63,221 nt of DNA from Nanobdellati archaeon (lineage in GTDB: Archaea > Nanobdellota > Nanobdellia > Woesearchaeales > GCA-2686295): assembly GCA_014384375.1 (NCBI GenBank), contig JACNFY010000020.1, positions 1 to 63,221 of the forward strand, written 5' to 3'. The position numbers were made by a program, and so were the translations under genes. This document shows positions 44,421 to 54,089 of this stretch, piece by piece. Numbering within the stretch: position 1 is the stretch's first letter; each line of letters begins with the position of its first letter. A model generated the notes under the pieces. That model worked only from the letters and a program-made list of their open reading frames with translations, was not told where the DNA came from and did no database searches.

Positions 44421-45113
44421 ATGAGCAAAAAAATAATAATTGAACTAAAGAATGTGTGGAAGACATATCAAATGGGAGAAATTCAAGTGCACGCACTACG
44501 AGGATTAACACTTAAAGTGTTTAAGGGAGAATTTCTCGCGATAATGGGTCCATCTGGAAGCGGAAAAAGCACTGCTATGAACATGATTGGATGCTTAGAT
44601 GTTCCTACAAAAGGAGAGATATTTCTATCAGGCAAAGATATATCTCATATGAGTGAATCAAACCTCGCTCAGATTAGAGGCAGGAAAATAGGCTTTATTT
44701 TCCAGACTTTCAACTTGTTAAACACACTTACTGCAAAAGAGAATATTAAGCTGCCTATGACCTTTCAAGATATTCAAAGTGAGGATAGAGAGAAAAAAGC
44801 AGAACAACTGCTTGAAATGGTAGAATTGGGAGATAGGATGGATCATAAACCAACTGAAATGAGCGGCGGCCAGCAACAGAGAGTTGCTATTGCAAGATCA
44901 CTCTCAAATAGTCCAGAGGTTGTGCTTGCTGATGAACCTACTGGCAACCTGGACAGTAAAACAGGCGAGAGAGTACTGGACTTCCTGAAAAGACTTCACA
45001 AGGAAAAAGGCACTACTATAGTCATGGTCACTCATGATAGAAAAGTGGCTGAACAATCCGATAGAATGGAGTACTTAAAGGATGGTATAATCGTAAAAAA
45101 CTTAAAAAGGTGA
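44421..45113 (+). CDS. ABC transporter ATP-binding protein (MacB/LolD-type)
   Basis: Walker A GPSGSGKST, signature MSGGQQQRVAIARSL, Walker B VVLADEPTGNLD. Confidence 0.9.
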   Translation: MSKKIIIELKNVWKTYQMGEIQVHALRGLTLKVFKGEFLAIMGPSGSGKSTAMNMIGCLDVPTKGEIFLSGKDISHMSESNLAQIRGRKIGFIFQTFNLLNTLTAKENIKLPMTFQDIQSEDREKKAEQLLEMVELGDRMDHKPTEMSGGQQQRVAIARSLSNSPEVVLADEPTGNLDSKTGERVLDFLKRLHKEKGTTIVMVTHDRKVAEQSDRMEYLKDGIIVKNLKR

Positions 45114-45120
45114 TAAAAAA

Positions 45121-46326
45121 ATGAGAAAGACAACAATTTTAGTGGCAATGGTTTTATTGTTGATGGTTAACATCGTATCGGCTGTTGATAGACCTTATCT
45201 AACGGCTACATTGATGAAGTATGAGCCCCAGCCTGCAGAGCCAGGTAAATACACAACAGTGTTTATCAAGTTAGAGAACACAGGAACAGGAACTGCACAA
45301 AATGTTATTTTAGAGATAGATCCTGAGTACCCGTTCAGCCTTGACCCTGGGAAAACAAACCAAGAGTATGTAGGTCTACTTGGTGGAGGAAGCTTTCATG
45401 TTGCTGAATTCGACTTGAAAGTGGATGAAAATGCTATTGAAGGCACAAACAAGCTCAAAGTCAGATATAACATAGATGCAAACCAGGAGGTCTGGACTGA
45501 ACAGAAATTAGAGATAAGCGTGCAGACACAGGAAGCGGTTCTTTCAATTGAAAAAATAGTTGTTGAACCTGCAGAGATAGTTCCTGGCAGTAGCGGAACA
45601 ATAAAACTTGAACTAGAGAATCTTGCATACTCAACATTATCAGATATAAAAGTAAAGCTGGATTTGTCATCAACAACTCTTCCGTTTGCTCCTTTCAATT
45701 CAGCTTCTGAGAAAAGCTTATATCAGCTGAATCCAGGTAAGAAACATTCATTCACTTTTGACATCGTTGCATTTCCAGATGCAGAATCAAAGATTTACAA
45801 AGTGCCTGTTAACATAACATACTATGACAATGTTGGTACAGCGTATAGTAAATCGGATTTGATTGGAGTCATTGTTAACAGCAAGCCAGACATAAAAGTC
45901 GTTGTAGACAGCACAACTCTTCTAGCAGAGAAAAGAATTGGCGACATAGTGTTAAAAATCGTCAACAAAGGATTAAATGATGTAAAATTGATGAATATGA
46001 AACTCTCTGAGACTGATAAGTTTGAGATTCTTTCATCCAGTAATGAGGAGTACATCGGAAATCTTGACTCTGACGATTTTGAAACAGTTGACTTCAAGAT
46101 TCTGTTCAAAGGAGAAGATACTGTTGAAATTCCTTTGGAGCTAGAGTACATGGACAACAATAACAACTACTACAAGGAAGACCTTACATTAAAGCTAAAG
46201 GTTCACAGTGGTGAAAAATTAGGTACATCAAACGGAAAAGGTGTAGTTTACCTTGTAGTTATAGTTGTTGTAGCAGTAGTAGCATTCATAATATACAGGA
46301 GAAGAAAAAAGAAAAAACATCAATAG
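45121..46326 (+). CDS. Secreted S-layer-like/CARDB-type beta-sandwich repeat protein with a C-terminal TM anchor
   Basis: Signal peptide, repeated beta-sandwich pattern (KYEPQPAEPGKYTTVFIKLENTGTGTA), C-terminal TM plus RRRKKKKHQ. Embedded in the ABC operon. Confidence 0.55.
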   Translation: MRKTTILVAMVLLLMVNIVSAVDRPYLTATLMKYEPQPAEPGKYTTVFIKLENTGTGTAQNVILEIDPEYPFSLDPGKTNQEYVGLLGGGSFHVAEFDLKVDENAIEGTNKLKVRYNIDANQEVWTEQKLEISVQTQEAVLSIEKIVVEPAEIVPGSSGTIKLELENLAYSTLSDIKVKLDLSSTTLPFAPFNSASEKSLYQLNPGKKHSFTFDIVAFPDAESKIYKVPVNITYYDNVGTAYSKSDLIGVIVNSKPDIKVVVDSTTLLAEKRIGDIVLKIVNKGLNDVKLMNMKLSETDKFEILSSSNEEYIGNLDSDDFETVDFKILFKGEDTVEIPLELEYMDNNNNYYKEDLTLKLKVHSGEKLGTSNGKGVVYLVVIVVVAVVAFIIYRRRKKKKHQ

Positions 46327-46327
46327 A

Positions 46328-47545
46328 ATGCTTTCTGACTACATAGTCATGGCCTTGCGGAGTCTGGGAAGAAGAAAGCTCCGCTCATGGCTAACAATGA
46401 TAGGAATATTCATAGGAATAGCTGCAGTTGTATCCCTAATAAGCCTTGGGGAAGGCCTTTCTAATGTTATAGAGTCACAATTTGACATTATCGGAGCAGA
46501 TGTTCTCACCATAACTGCCACAGGAAATAATTATGGACCGCCAGGAACAGGAGTAACCGATCCTCTCACAACATCTCAACTTGAGGCTATTGAACGTGTG
46601 AAAGGAGTGGAGTTCACGGTTGGAAGAATAATTGAAACAGGAACTGTGGAATTCAATAATAGAGTTGATATCTCCATAATAGCCAGTCTTCCTGAAGGTG
46701 AGAGGGGAGAACATATGATTGATCTCCTGAATTTTGAAGTTGATAGGGGCAGACTTCTTAATCCTGGTGAGAGAAATAAGGTCATGGTCGGAGACAATTT
46801 TGCAGACAGTGATAAATTTGGAAAACCAGTGCAATCAGGTTCTCGCGTATACATAGAAGATCAGCAATTCGAAGTGGTTGGAGTTTTGAAGAAAAAAGGA
46901 AGCTTTGTGGTAGACAACACTATTATCATGAATGATGATCAAATGCGAGAAATATTCGAAGTCGATAGAGAGGATTTAGATGCAATCGCTGCACAAGTAA
47001 AAAAAGGAGTCAGTATTAGCAAAACAAAAGAAGATATTGAGAGAGTTCTTCGAAAAGAGAGGGATGTAAAACTTGGACAAGAAGACTTTGGTGTCGAAAC
47101 AGCTCAAGCAGCATTGTCAACCATTAACTCAACACTTTTTGCAGTGAAATTATTTGTTTATCTGATAGCAGCAATATCTCTTATTGTCGGAGGCATAGGA
47201 ATAACCAACACAATGTACACTTCTGTGCTTGAGAGAACCAAAGACATAGGCATAATGAAAGCAATAGGAGCAAAGAACAGAACAATATTTACGCTCTTCT
47301 TCATTGAATCAGGATTCTTAGGGGCAGTCGGAGGAATAATAGGAATTGTGCTAGGAGTTTCGCTGGCAAAAGGACTTGCTTTTGTAGGTCAGGCAACTCT
47401 GGGTAGCGGTTTGATAAATGCAGATGTTAGCATAGGTTTGGTTGTCGGATCACTGTTTTTTTCATTCATCGTCGGAACAATATCAGGATTAGTTCCTGCA
47501 CTTAAAGCAGCAAAGCTTAATCCTGTAGATGCATTAAGGAGTTAA
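46328..47545 (+). CDS. ABC transporter permease, MacB/FtsX family
   Basis: N-terminal TM, periplasmic-type domain, and FtsX C-terminal helices with TMYTSVLERTKDIGIMKAIGA. Confidence 0.85.
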   Translation: MLSDYIVMALRSLGRRKLRSWLTMIGIFIGIAAVVSLISLGEGLSNVIESQFDIIGADVLTITATGNNYGPPGTGVTDPLTTSQLEAIERVKGVEFTVGRIIETGTVEFNNRVDISIIASLPEGERGEHMIDLLNFEVDRGRLLNPGERNKVMVGDNFADSDKFGKPVQSGSRVYIEDQQFEVVGVLKKKGSFVVDNTIIMNDDQMREIFEVDREDLDAIAAQVKKGVSISKTKEDIERVLRKERDVKLGQEDFGVETAQAALSTINSTLFAVKLFVYLIAAISLIVGGIGITNTMYTSVLERTKDIGIMKAIGAKNRTIFTLFFIESGFLGAVGGIIGIVLGVSLAKGLAFVGQATLGSGLINADVSIGLVVGSLFFSFIVGTISGLVPALKAAKLNPVDALRS

Positions 47546-47546
47546 A

Positions 47547-48764
47547 ATGAATTCAGACCTAATAATACACTCGGTGAAAAGCCTTTTCACACGAAAAACA
47601 AGGTCCTTTCTGACAGTTCTATCTATATTGATAGGCATAATGGCCATCTTCACTCTGATAAGTTTTGGACTGGGTTTGTCAAAGTATGTTACAGAAATCT
47701 CAACTGAGATGGGAGTGGACAAACTTGTAATACAACCTAAGAGTTTTGGGGGCATATCAATTCCTGAAAAACAGATGAGCCAGGATGATGTTGATTTCAT
47801 AGCCAATGTTAAAGGAGTTAGAGATGTAACAGGTCTAATGATTCAATCAGCAAAGATACAGCCTGATGAGGACACTAAACCAAAATATTTGTTCTTGATG
47901 GGCTTTACAACAGAGAAGGAAGAAAAGGAAATATTTCTAGAATTGATGACTGTTGACCTGTATTCAGGCAGGATGCTGAAAAAAGGTGACAAACTAAAAG
48001 TCATTCTCGGTTATAACTATCAGTTACCAAATAAGATTTTTGAGAAATCAATAAGACTCGGAGAGAAAATCCTGGTGAATGATGTTCAAGTCGAGGTTGT
48101 TGGCTTCTTTGAATCTGTAGGTAATCCACAGGACGATTCAAACATCTACATGACTTATGAAGGTGTTGAAGAGCTTCTTGGAGAAGAGCAGGGTTATGAG
48201 TGGATAATGGCAAGAGTAGAGCCAGGAGAGGATCCAAAAGCATTAAGCGAGAAAGTTTTTGAGAAGCTAAGAAAATTCAAAGACCAAGAAAAAGGTAAGG
48301 AGGATTTCTTTGTTCAGACTTTCCAAGAACAGATAGAGATGTTCACTAATATAATGCGGGTCTTGAACGCTGTCTTGGTTATGATAGCGCTTGTCTCTGT
48401 CTTTGTATCAGGTATTAACATTATGAACACAATGTATACATCTGTTCTTGAAAGGACAAAAGACATCGGTATAATGAAGGCTATTGGAGCGAAGAACAGT
48501 GATATCCTGATAATATTCGTCGCTGAAGCAGGAGTTCTAGGATTAATAGGAGGGATTGCTGGCATCTTGGTTGGATATGGAATCTCAAGCCTTGCAGGCT
48601 TTGCAGTTGCCCAGGCAGGCTACAGCTTCCTGAAACCAGCATTCCCACTAGTCTTGATTATCGGCTCACTTCTATTTGCAACAATAACAGGTGCAGGTGC
48701 TGGTATGGCTCCAGCAATCCAAGCCTCAAAACAGGAAGCAGCAGAATCTTTGAGATATGAATAG
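47547..48764 (+). CDS. ABC transporter permease, MacB/FtsX family (second copy)
   Basis: Same architecture and the identical TMYTSVLERTKDIGIMKAIGA motif. Confidence 0.85.
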   Translation: MNSDLIIHSVKSLFTRKTRSFLTVLSILIGIMAIFTLISFGLGLSKYVTEISTEMGVDKLVIQPKSFGGISIPEKQMSQDDVDFIANVKGVRDVTGLMIQSAKIQPDEDTKPKYLFLMGFTTEKEEKEIFLELMTVDLYSGRMLKKGDKLKVILGYNYQLPNKIFEKSIRLGEKILVNDVQVEVVGFFESVGNPQDDSNIYMTYEGVEELLGEEQGYEWIMARVEPGEDPKALSEKVFEKLRKFKDQEKGKEDFFVQTFQEQIEMFTNIMRVLNAVLVMIALVSVFVSGINIMNTMYTSVLERTKDIGIMKAIGAKNSDILIIFVAEAGVLGLIGGIAGILVGYGISSLAGFAVAQAGYSFLKPAFPLVLIIGSLLFATITGAGAGMAPAIQASKQEAAESLRYE

Positions 48765-48794
48765 TTAGCAAAAATTATTTAAATCTCTTAAGTC

Positions 48795-49865
48795 ATGAAC
48801 CAACTCATGAATAGCATATTATCACTTTCTAAATATGTAATGAACCTCTCTAAGAAAGACAAAGATTTATTTTCAAGGATTTACACTGTCACAGAGGATG
48901 TAGGAGCTTTAAAGATTCCTAAAGAGATGAAGGAATGGGTTATCTCCAGGTTTGGTTCTGTCAGAGCTGTTGAGAATCAGAAGATTGTCAGAGTTGATAA
49001 CAATGTTACCTGTGAGTCTGCCTTGTTCAATGAGTTAAGGGCTATGAGACCTATAGAGGCAAATAAAAACGAGAACACTCAAAAATTTATAAAGGAAAAA
49101 ATAGGAGGAGACTTCTGCAATCCAAATACTAGAACTGCTGAAGACACCTTTGGAAGAGTGAAGGGAAGCAGAAGTGTAACTGGCAGTAATATTGCAAAAT
49201 ACGATGCACTTCACGGTTTAGTTATCTTCAAAGAACATAACCCTTTAAAATTCAGCTTATCAGATGTCAAAGACTACTTAAAAATAGCTGAGAAATGGAT
49301 AAAGAAAGGTTACAAGAAATATCCTGAAAGGAAATATCCATACATCATGTGGAATTGTCTATGGAAAGCTGCTGCAAGCATTGCTCATGGTCACATGCAA
49401 ATAGTGCTGGCAAAGAATAGACATTACGGAGGAATCGAAAGTTTGAGGAGGTTTGCAGAAGGTTATAGCAAAGTTTTCAAATCAGATTACCACGATGATA
49501 TATACAGAGTTCATAAATCAGTTGGTTTGGCTTTTGAAAAGAAAAATAACAGAGTATTAACCTATTTGACGCCTGTAAAAGAGAAGGAAATGATTATTAT
49601 CTCTAAAAGTATCAAAAACTGCTCAGAGGCCATCTATCGAGCTCTAAAAGCATATCTTGAGATGGGTGTTGAGAGCTTTAATATAGGCATATACCTTCAG
49701 CCATTAGATAATTCTTGGAACATGCCTGTTATTGCAAGATTAGTGGACAGAGGAAGTCTTTCAAACAACACAGTTGATATTGGTGGCATGGAGATCTTTG
49801 CAGGTTCGAATGTTATCGCCTCTGACCCATACAAAGTTTTTGATAGAGTTAAAGAGGAATTCTAG
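48795..49865 (+). CDS. GalT/Apa-like HIT-superfamily nucleotidyltransferase or NDP-sugar phosphorylase (tentative)
   Basis: H-x-H-x-Q type motif (IAHGHMQIV) in a ~350-aa protein. Family assignment is by motif only. Confidence 0.4.
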   Translation: MNQLMNSILSLSKYVMNLSKKDKDLFSRIYTVTEDVGALKIPKEMKEWVISRFGSVRAVENQKIVRVDNNVTCESALFNELRAMRPIEANKNENTQKFIKEKIGGDFCNPNTRTAEDTFGRVKGSRSVTGSNIAKYDALHGLVIFKEHNPLKFSLSDVKDYLKIAEKWIKKGYKKYPERKYPYIMWNCLWKAAASIAHGHMQIVLAKNRHYGGIESLRRFAEGYSKVFKSDYHDDIYRVHKSVGLAFEKKNNRVLTYLTPVKEKEMIIISKSIKNCSEAIYRALKAYLEMGVESFNIGIYLQPLDNSWNMPVIARLVDRGSLSNNTVDIGGMEIFAGSNVIASDPYKVFDRVKEEF

Positions 49866-50818
49866 AAAAAGAAAAATCTTGATTCAGTGTATTTTTTGAA
49901 TTTTTTTCTGTTCATCTTCTTTGCTGCAGGCAGGAAGAACTTTCTTCCAAACTGGAAGTAGTCATGAGTTATAATTCCCTTAGCAAAAACATAGTAGTCG
50001 ACAAACTCATGGCTCAGATATGCGTATTTTATTGCTCTGAAGATACTCTTTTTCTCCTCGTTGCTTAGTTTTCTGTACTTTTCATAGAATTTAAGAAATT
50101 TTCTTGTTTTTCTGTAATCCAAGCCTTTCCAGTCAGTGCAGAACCAATTTATAGCAATAGCCAAATCAAGGAGGAATGGTCCTATCTGGCAATTGTCAAA
50201 GTCAACAACTCCTGACAGGTTCCTATTATGAACAAGTATGTTCTCCCTTTTCACATCACAGTGTATGGCTCCAGATGGCAGGTTTTCAGGCAATCTGTTC
50301 TTGAGAAGCTCTTCTTTGAGATATAATATCTCGGATTCATATTCAGGAATTTCCTTTAGAAGGTATTTCTCGAATTCATCTGCTCTTTCATCTGTAAAAG
50401 AATACCATGAAAACCTGTTAATACCGGATTCAAATGAGTTTATCTTGTTGTGGAACTTTGCCAGGAAGAAAGCTACTTGTTTGAAAAGCTTCTTTGTCGT
50501 TTTCTTCGGCATTGAGCCATTAAGGAATAAGTATATGGAGTAATGATGGCCTTTGAAAGTATTGATATAACGATTTCTGTTGTCCTTGATATAATAAGGA
50601 ACAGGAAAACCCTGCAGATGATTCACCATTCCTATCTCAAACAGCCTATCCTTCTTTTTCTTGGTTTTTTTGCTTATTCTAAGAACAAACCTGCCCTGAT
50701 CTGTAGTTATTATGTAGCTATAGTTCATGAAACCCTGCTTTATCCTCTCAAAAGAAACCAGATTGCCAACTGGATATTTTGAGATTAATTTTTCAACCTC
50801 GGAATGTGTGAGTTTCAT
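49862..50818 (-). CDS. APH/choline-kinase-fold phosphotransferase (homoserine kinase type II-like); substrate unknown
   Basis: Catalytic loop HCDVKRENILV and metal-binding VVDFDN. Confidence 0.7.
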   Translation of the reverse strand: MKLTHSEVEKLISKYPVGNLVSFERIKQGFMNYSYIITTDQGRFVLRISKKTKKKKDRLFEIGMVNHLQGFPVPYYIKDNRNRYINTFKGHHYSIYLFLNGSMPKKTTKKLFKQVAFFLAKFHNKINSFESGINRFSWYSFTDERADEFEKYLLKEIPEYESEILYLKEELLKNRLPENLPSGAIHCDVKRENILVHNRNLSGVVDFDNCQIGPFLLDLAIAINWFCTDWKGLDYRKTRKFLKFYEKYRKLSNEEKKSIFRAIKYAYLSHEFVDYYVFAKGIITHDYFQFGRKFFLPAAKKMNRKKFKKYTESRFFFF

Positions 50819-51756
50819 TTTTGCTCAGACAAGTATTGTTTCATATGTTTAAAGAAACTAGTATCAATATGTCCATTGGTGAATAAACCTGGATAGTATG
50901 CTGCTGGTTTATCCATTTGAAGAGTCCAAGACATAGGTGTTGTCAGTTGAACTCTTTTCCTGGCGATATATGAGCATCCATTTGCCTGCTCCAGTATTAA
51001 TGAAGCAGCTGCATAATCCCAATTAGCTGCCTTGGCAGAGAGATAAACATCAACTTTTCCTGAAGCAACATCCATTATCTCTAGCCCTGCTGAAAATTTG
51101 CTGTTGGCTTTAACTTGTTCCACATTGTCATTTTGGAAAGCCTTCATAATATCAGCGATTCTTAGGTATTCATCAGGATAATCAACTGGAAATGTCTGTC
51201 TGCCTATTGCTACATTCACAGACGTTTTGCCTTGTAAAAAATTAGTATTTCTCGAAGTTTGCAGGACTTCTCTTTCACCGTCTTCAGTTATATGCATAGC
51301 ATCAGAATCAATTGTTGCAAAGTAAAACTCTCTTGTCAGAGGCTTATATATAACTCCGGCTGTCATTTCATATCCATTGCGCCAGGTTTCAGCCATACCC
51401 AATAAAATACTAAAATGTTCTTTTTCTTTTGTGAAATTCAAAGTTCCATCTAATTCATCAACAACCAAAATAGGTATTTTTTCATTAGAAATAGCTCTTT
51501 TATAGCCAAAGTTTTTTGCAGATTCTTCTGACAATAAAATAACTCTTTCTCCAAATTCTTTATTCAGAGAAGAAACAATATGATCACTTATCTCAGTGTC
51601 AGCAATTGTAACAGGATCATCAAGATGTCCTTTTTTTTTGACAACTTGAGAATCGTTTATATTTCCAAAATATTTCAATGCTATACCGCCCATTATTGGG
51701 GCTTGTTCCATATAGAAAGTTAAAATCTCTTCTCTTAGGGTTTTATCTCCATTCAT
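50815..51756 (-). CDS. Inositol monophosphatase / FBPase-family phosphatase
   Basis: LLSEES, VVDELDGTLNF and WDYAAASLILEQANG motifs. ATG at 51756 fits a TTTAAATA box centred about 26 nt upstream (the ORF track TTG is at 51777). Confidence 0.75.
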   Translation of the reverse strand: MNGDKTLREEILTFYMEQAPIMGGIALKYFGNINDSQVVKKKGHLDDPVTIADTEISDHIVSSLNKEFGERVILLSEESAKNFGYKRAISNEKIPILVVDELDGTLNFTKEKEHFSILLGMAETWRNGYEMTAGVIYKPLTREFYFATIDSDAMHITEDGEREVLQTSRNTNFLQGKTSVNVAIGRQTFPVDYPDEYLRIADIMKAFQNDNVEQVKANSKFSAGLEIMDVASGKVDVYLSAKAANWDYAAASLILEQANGCSYIARKRVQLTTPMSWTLQMDKPAAYYPGLFTNGHIDTSFFKHMKQYLSEQK

Positions 51757-51814
51757 GCTTATAGCAATAAGAAACAATATTTAAATCTTTCTATTTTTCA
51801 CCACCATTAAGTAG

Positions 51815-53605
51815 CTAATCTTTCAAAGAAAGATTGTGCGCTTCAATATAGTTCGGCACAAAACTCTTCCAGTCAGCATAGTTTGCTAGGCTTTTAGCCA
51901 CTACTTTGTTCTTAACTCTGTCCTCGTGTGATAAGTTTGCGAATTCATACATTGTTTTAAACATGTCATGGACTACTTGCTCTTCTGTCAGGTTAAATCT
52001 CTTTAATACGTATATACCCCTTATCTTATCTTTTGGATCTGGGATTTTAGTCTCCATAAACCTGCCAAAACCTGCCAAGTCAGTTGTTAGAGAAGCAACA
52101 CCCATTGCTGCTGTTTCTAGTGGCGTATATCCCCATGGCTCATAATAGCTTGGAAATAATCCCAAATGGCTTCCTGCTATTGCATCATAATAAGGAAGGT
52201 TGATTAAGCTATCATTTCCATCAAGATAAACAGGGTAAACTATTGTCTTAACAGGATCATCCTTTTTGTTGTCCAATCCTGCCTGTTTCAAAGCAGTTAA
52301 TATAGGGTCATTTTTCTCATCTGAAATGTTGTGTGTTAATACTAAAGGGTTGCCGTGTCTCTTGAATTGTATTAAGTCTTTTTCTAAGTCTTTCAAGAAT
52401 CTTTTTGTGAACATGCTCTTAACAGAAGGTGTTTTAGATGTGACTATATCCATAACTATCTTTCTCAGAATATCTTGAGAGTGCCATTGTATGTAGTTCT
52501 TTATATGCCGATAGTAATTCTTGTTCTCCAGCACTTCTACTTTTACTCCATGAGTCTCCATAGGTATCCAGAAGAAAACAGATATTGTTCTCTTGGACTT
52601 TTCTTTCTTCAATTTTTCATTCAACTTCTTAAGGGCTTTTATCATTGTATCTATGCCTTTATTTTTGAACTCGTATCTTCCTACGATGAAGAATATCAGA
52701 TTGTGTTCAAGGTCCACTGTGTAGTATGGAAAGAAGTGGAATGTTAGAAACTCCCTTATTTTTTCTCTTGTCAGGAGATGCTTCATAGAGGTTTCTTCGA
52801 TTGTTGGGAACTTCTTCATTGTAAGACCATTGTTCAATATAACTTCTGGTTTTCTGCCAAGTATCTTCTCAGCTTCTAAAGCAGTTATCTCAGAGACTGT
52901 TGTAAATATATCTGCTGTCTGTGCCGAGGCTCTCTCTGTAAGGAATTTGTCTTGAACACCATAGTGATAAGCTCTTTCTTCAGGATTCATAGTTTCCAAG
53001 AGCTTGTAAATATCCTCTCCTGAGCCTGCCATGGCTCTCCCAAGCATGGTTGCGTGGGTAGTGAAAACAGTCTTTACATTTGACCTGCATTTTTTCAGGT
53101 GAAATATAGCGAACCCTGACAACCATTCATGGAAGTGCCCTATAATCTTCTTATCTGGCAAACGGCTCTCTATTGCACATAGAAGTATACCTACTGCCCA
53201 AGACCAAATCATGGGCTCTTCAAAATCCCATTTCGAGTTTATGGAATCTATCTTATGAGATTCCCATAACTCTTTCTTGATATCGTTTTTCCTTTTAATC
53301 AAAGAATTAAAGTCAATTAATACTGTGTCTGGAGAGCCTTCAACATCCCAAGTACCATAATAACAAGAAATTCCTTGCTTTTTTACATCCTCAAAAGCTT
53401 TCTTTAATTGCTCAGGAGGTTCCTTTTCATTAAGTTCAATCATCGCTTTTTTTGGAAAATAAGGACCTATAAGGAAGTAGTGCTTGTAGAACTCCTTCAT
53501 AGCATAGGCTTTACTCTTAACAACAGTGTAGATGCCTCCTACTTTGTTACAAACCTCCCATGAAACCTCGAACAAGTAATCTGCTTCTGGTTTTGTTTGT
53601 GTCAT
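51815..53605 (-). CDS. Glycogen synthase, eukaryote-type GT3 family
   Basis: FEVSWEVCNKVGGIYTV, HFHEWLSG, FTTHATMLGR, FTTVSEITALEA, GRYEFKNKG, DPILT and HLGLFPSYYEPWGYTPLE are colinear with animal/fungal glycogen synthase. Confidence 0.9.
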   Translation of the reverse strand: MTQTKPEADYLFEVSWEVCNKVGGIYTVVKSKAYAMKEFYKHYFLIGPYFPKKAMIELNEKEPPEQLKKAFEDVKKQGISCYYGTWDVEGSPDTVLIDFNSLIKRKNDIKKELWESHKIDSINSKWDFEEPMIWSWAVGILLCAIESRLPDKKIIGHFHEWLSGFAIFHLKKCRSNVKTVFTTHATMLGRAMAGSGEDIYKLLETMNPEERAYHYGVQDKFLTERASAQTADIFTTVSEITALEAEKILGRKPEVILNNGLTMKKFPTIEETSMKHLLTREKIREFLTFHFFPYYTVDLEHNLIFFIVGRYEFKNKGIDTMIKALKKLNEKLKKEKSKRTISVFFWIPMETHGVKVEVLENKNYYRHIKNYIQWHSQDILRKIVMDIVTSKTPSVKSMFTKRFLKDLEKDLIQFKRHGNPLVLTHNISDEKNDPILTALKQAGLDNKKDDPVKTIVYPVYLDGNDSLINLPYYDAIAGSHLGLFPSYYEPWGYTPLETAAMGVASLTTDLAGFGRFMETKIPDPKDKIRGIYVLKRFNLTEEQVVHDMFKTMYEFANLSHEDRVKNKVVAKSLANYADWKSFVPNYIEAHNLSLKD

Positions 53606-53968
53606 TTAAATCAACTTGCTTAGTATTATTCCAATGATGATTCCAAATATTAAGCCATATATGAATTCTCTTACGATGAATCTTTTGAATTCATCTGAGT
53701 CTTGAGCCTCAATCTCGTGGTCTTTCATTATCTCGTCATTTATCAGCTCAAGCACATCTTCTTTTGAATGAACTTTTTCAATTCTGTCTGCCAAGTAATC
53801 TTTATGAAGTATATCCCTTAACCAATTGGCAAAGTCGTTTCTGGCTTGAGTTGTATGGTGTTTGAAATCTTTCTCAGACATCTCAGCTATTAATGCTCTT
53901 AAGTCTAATAGATTTTCAGCTTTTTTCCCATTGACTGCAAAGAAGTGCTTATGTTCAGGAAGTTTCAT
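53606..53968 (-). CDS. Hypothetical 120-aa protein with a C-terminal TM helix, translationally adjacent to the GT3 gene
   Basis: SD GAGGTGA upstream. Its stop abuts the GT3 ATG (TAAATG). No family named. Confidence 0.5.
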   Translation of the reverse strand: MKLPEHKHFFAVNGKKAENLLDLRALIAEMSEKDFKHHTTQARNDFANWLRDILHKDYLADRIEKVHSKEDVLELINDEIMKDHEIEAQDSDEFKRFIVREFIYGLIFGIIIGIILSKLI

Positions 53969-53997
53969 AATTCACCTCTGGGGGAATTATGGAACAT

Positions 53998-54068
53998 CAA
54001 CATTTTTTGAATGTTGAGTTGCAGAAATCTAACGATTTCTGACAACATCAAAAACTCTGTTTTTGATT
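53998..54068 (-). other. Three consecutive perfect hairpins in an intra-operon spacer
   Basis: TCAACATT/AATGTTGA (53998-54018), CAGAAATC/GATTTCTG (54023-54042), ATCAAAAAC/GTTTTTGAT (54048-54068). Confidence 0.4.
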
Positions 54069-54089
54069 TCTTCATAGCCCACCCCTTTT

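Noticed and set aside
50238-50782. Plus-strand ORFs of 101 and 79 aa
   Set aside because: They are antisense to the APH-fold kinase gene, which carries clear catalytic motifs.
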